DNA of 64,000 bases, taken from IMG/VR virus record IMGVR_UViG_3300026097_000876, positions 1-64,000 of that record; one strand, given 5' to 3'. A program made the position numbers and the translations under genes. The first letter of the stretch is position 1; the number at the start of each line of letters is the position of its first letter. The notes under the pieces are model-generated. The model made no database searches. It was not told the origin of the DNA and saw only the letters and a program-made list of their open reading frames with translations. Below are positions 63,636-64,000 of this stretch, piece by piece.

Positions 63636-63920
63636 ATGCGAGTAGTTGAGCAATATGGCATGTTTACCGACGCTGGTGACAAGATGGTAGACCGCATAGT
63701 ACGTGCCGCACTCCAGTTGGGGCAAGAGCAGGCAGCTACCAATGCCGATGTGTGGGGATTTGCATATCGCGAGTTGGAGAAGCTCCAGACCAGCTTAGAG
63801 TTCTCGGAAGCAACAGACACCGTAGTACGTGAGGAAGTGTTCTCAGCACTGTGGGACAACCTTCCAGGATTTAATCTAACAGAAGAAGAGTACTGGTTCT
63901 TTGTTGAGGAGACAGCGTAA
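63636..63920 (+). CDS. Small early protein
   Basis: TTGACA-17-TATACT promoter at ~63571-63599, AGAGGG RBS. Confidence 0.75.
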   Translation: MRVVEQYGMFTDAGDKMVDRIVRAALQLGQEQAATNADVWGFAYRELEKLQTSLEFSEATDTVVREEVFSALWDNLPGFNLTEEEYWFFVEETA

Positions 63921-64000
63921 TGATGAATCAATATTTCGTTTACTATGATGGTCGGTTCCAAGGAACTGTGATGGCACTGAGTGAACAGAGTGCAAAGCAA

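Overview
A 64 kb segment of a large T4-like (myovirus/jumbo-type) dsDNA phage, probably marine and infecting a proteobacterium. It uses the standard genetic code, and most genes lie on the minus strand. Layout: (1-2.4 kb) ten tRNA genes interleaved with several structured non-tRNA elements and a leader-peptide/attenuator-like switch; (2.5-11 kb) early genes, clpP and a three-gene restriction-modification-like locus; (11-23 kb) auxiliary metabolic and stress genes (peroxiredoxin, sdhB, rubrerythrin, bilin reductase plus heme oxygenase, clpS, hsp20, guaC, rpsU) around a Cys-repeat envelope module; (23-38 kb) lipoprotein/cell-wall hydrolase module, cspA, PAAR, glutaredoxin, nrdAB, tail protein and exonuclease; (39-47 kb) late genes with capsid-targeting-like N-termini; (47-51 kb) lipase, glycosyltransferase, PlcP-like phosphoesterase and DUF1127-like peptides; (52-60 kb) fibre proteins, hemA, ybaN, HNH, yqgE; (60.7-64 kb) a non-coding array of DnaA/IHF/Fur-like sites followed by early genes, each with its own promoter. 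Strongest signals: a 1.36 kb block with no TC or CC dinucleotide on the coding strand, sigma70 promoters whose -10 sits inside promoter-specific inverted repeats, a DnaA/IHF site array, a leader-peptide attenuator in the tRNA cluster, and a phage PlcP lipid-remodelling cassette. All family assignments come from motif recognition by eye; no searches were run.
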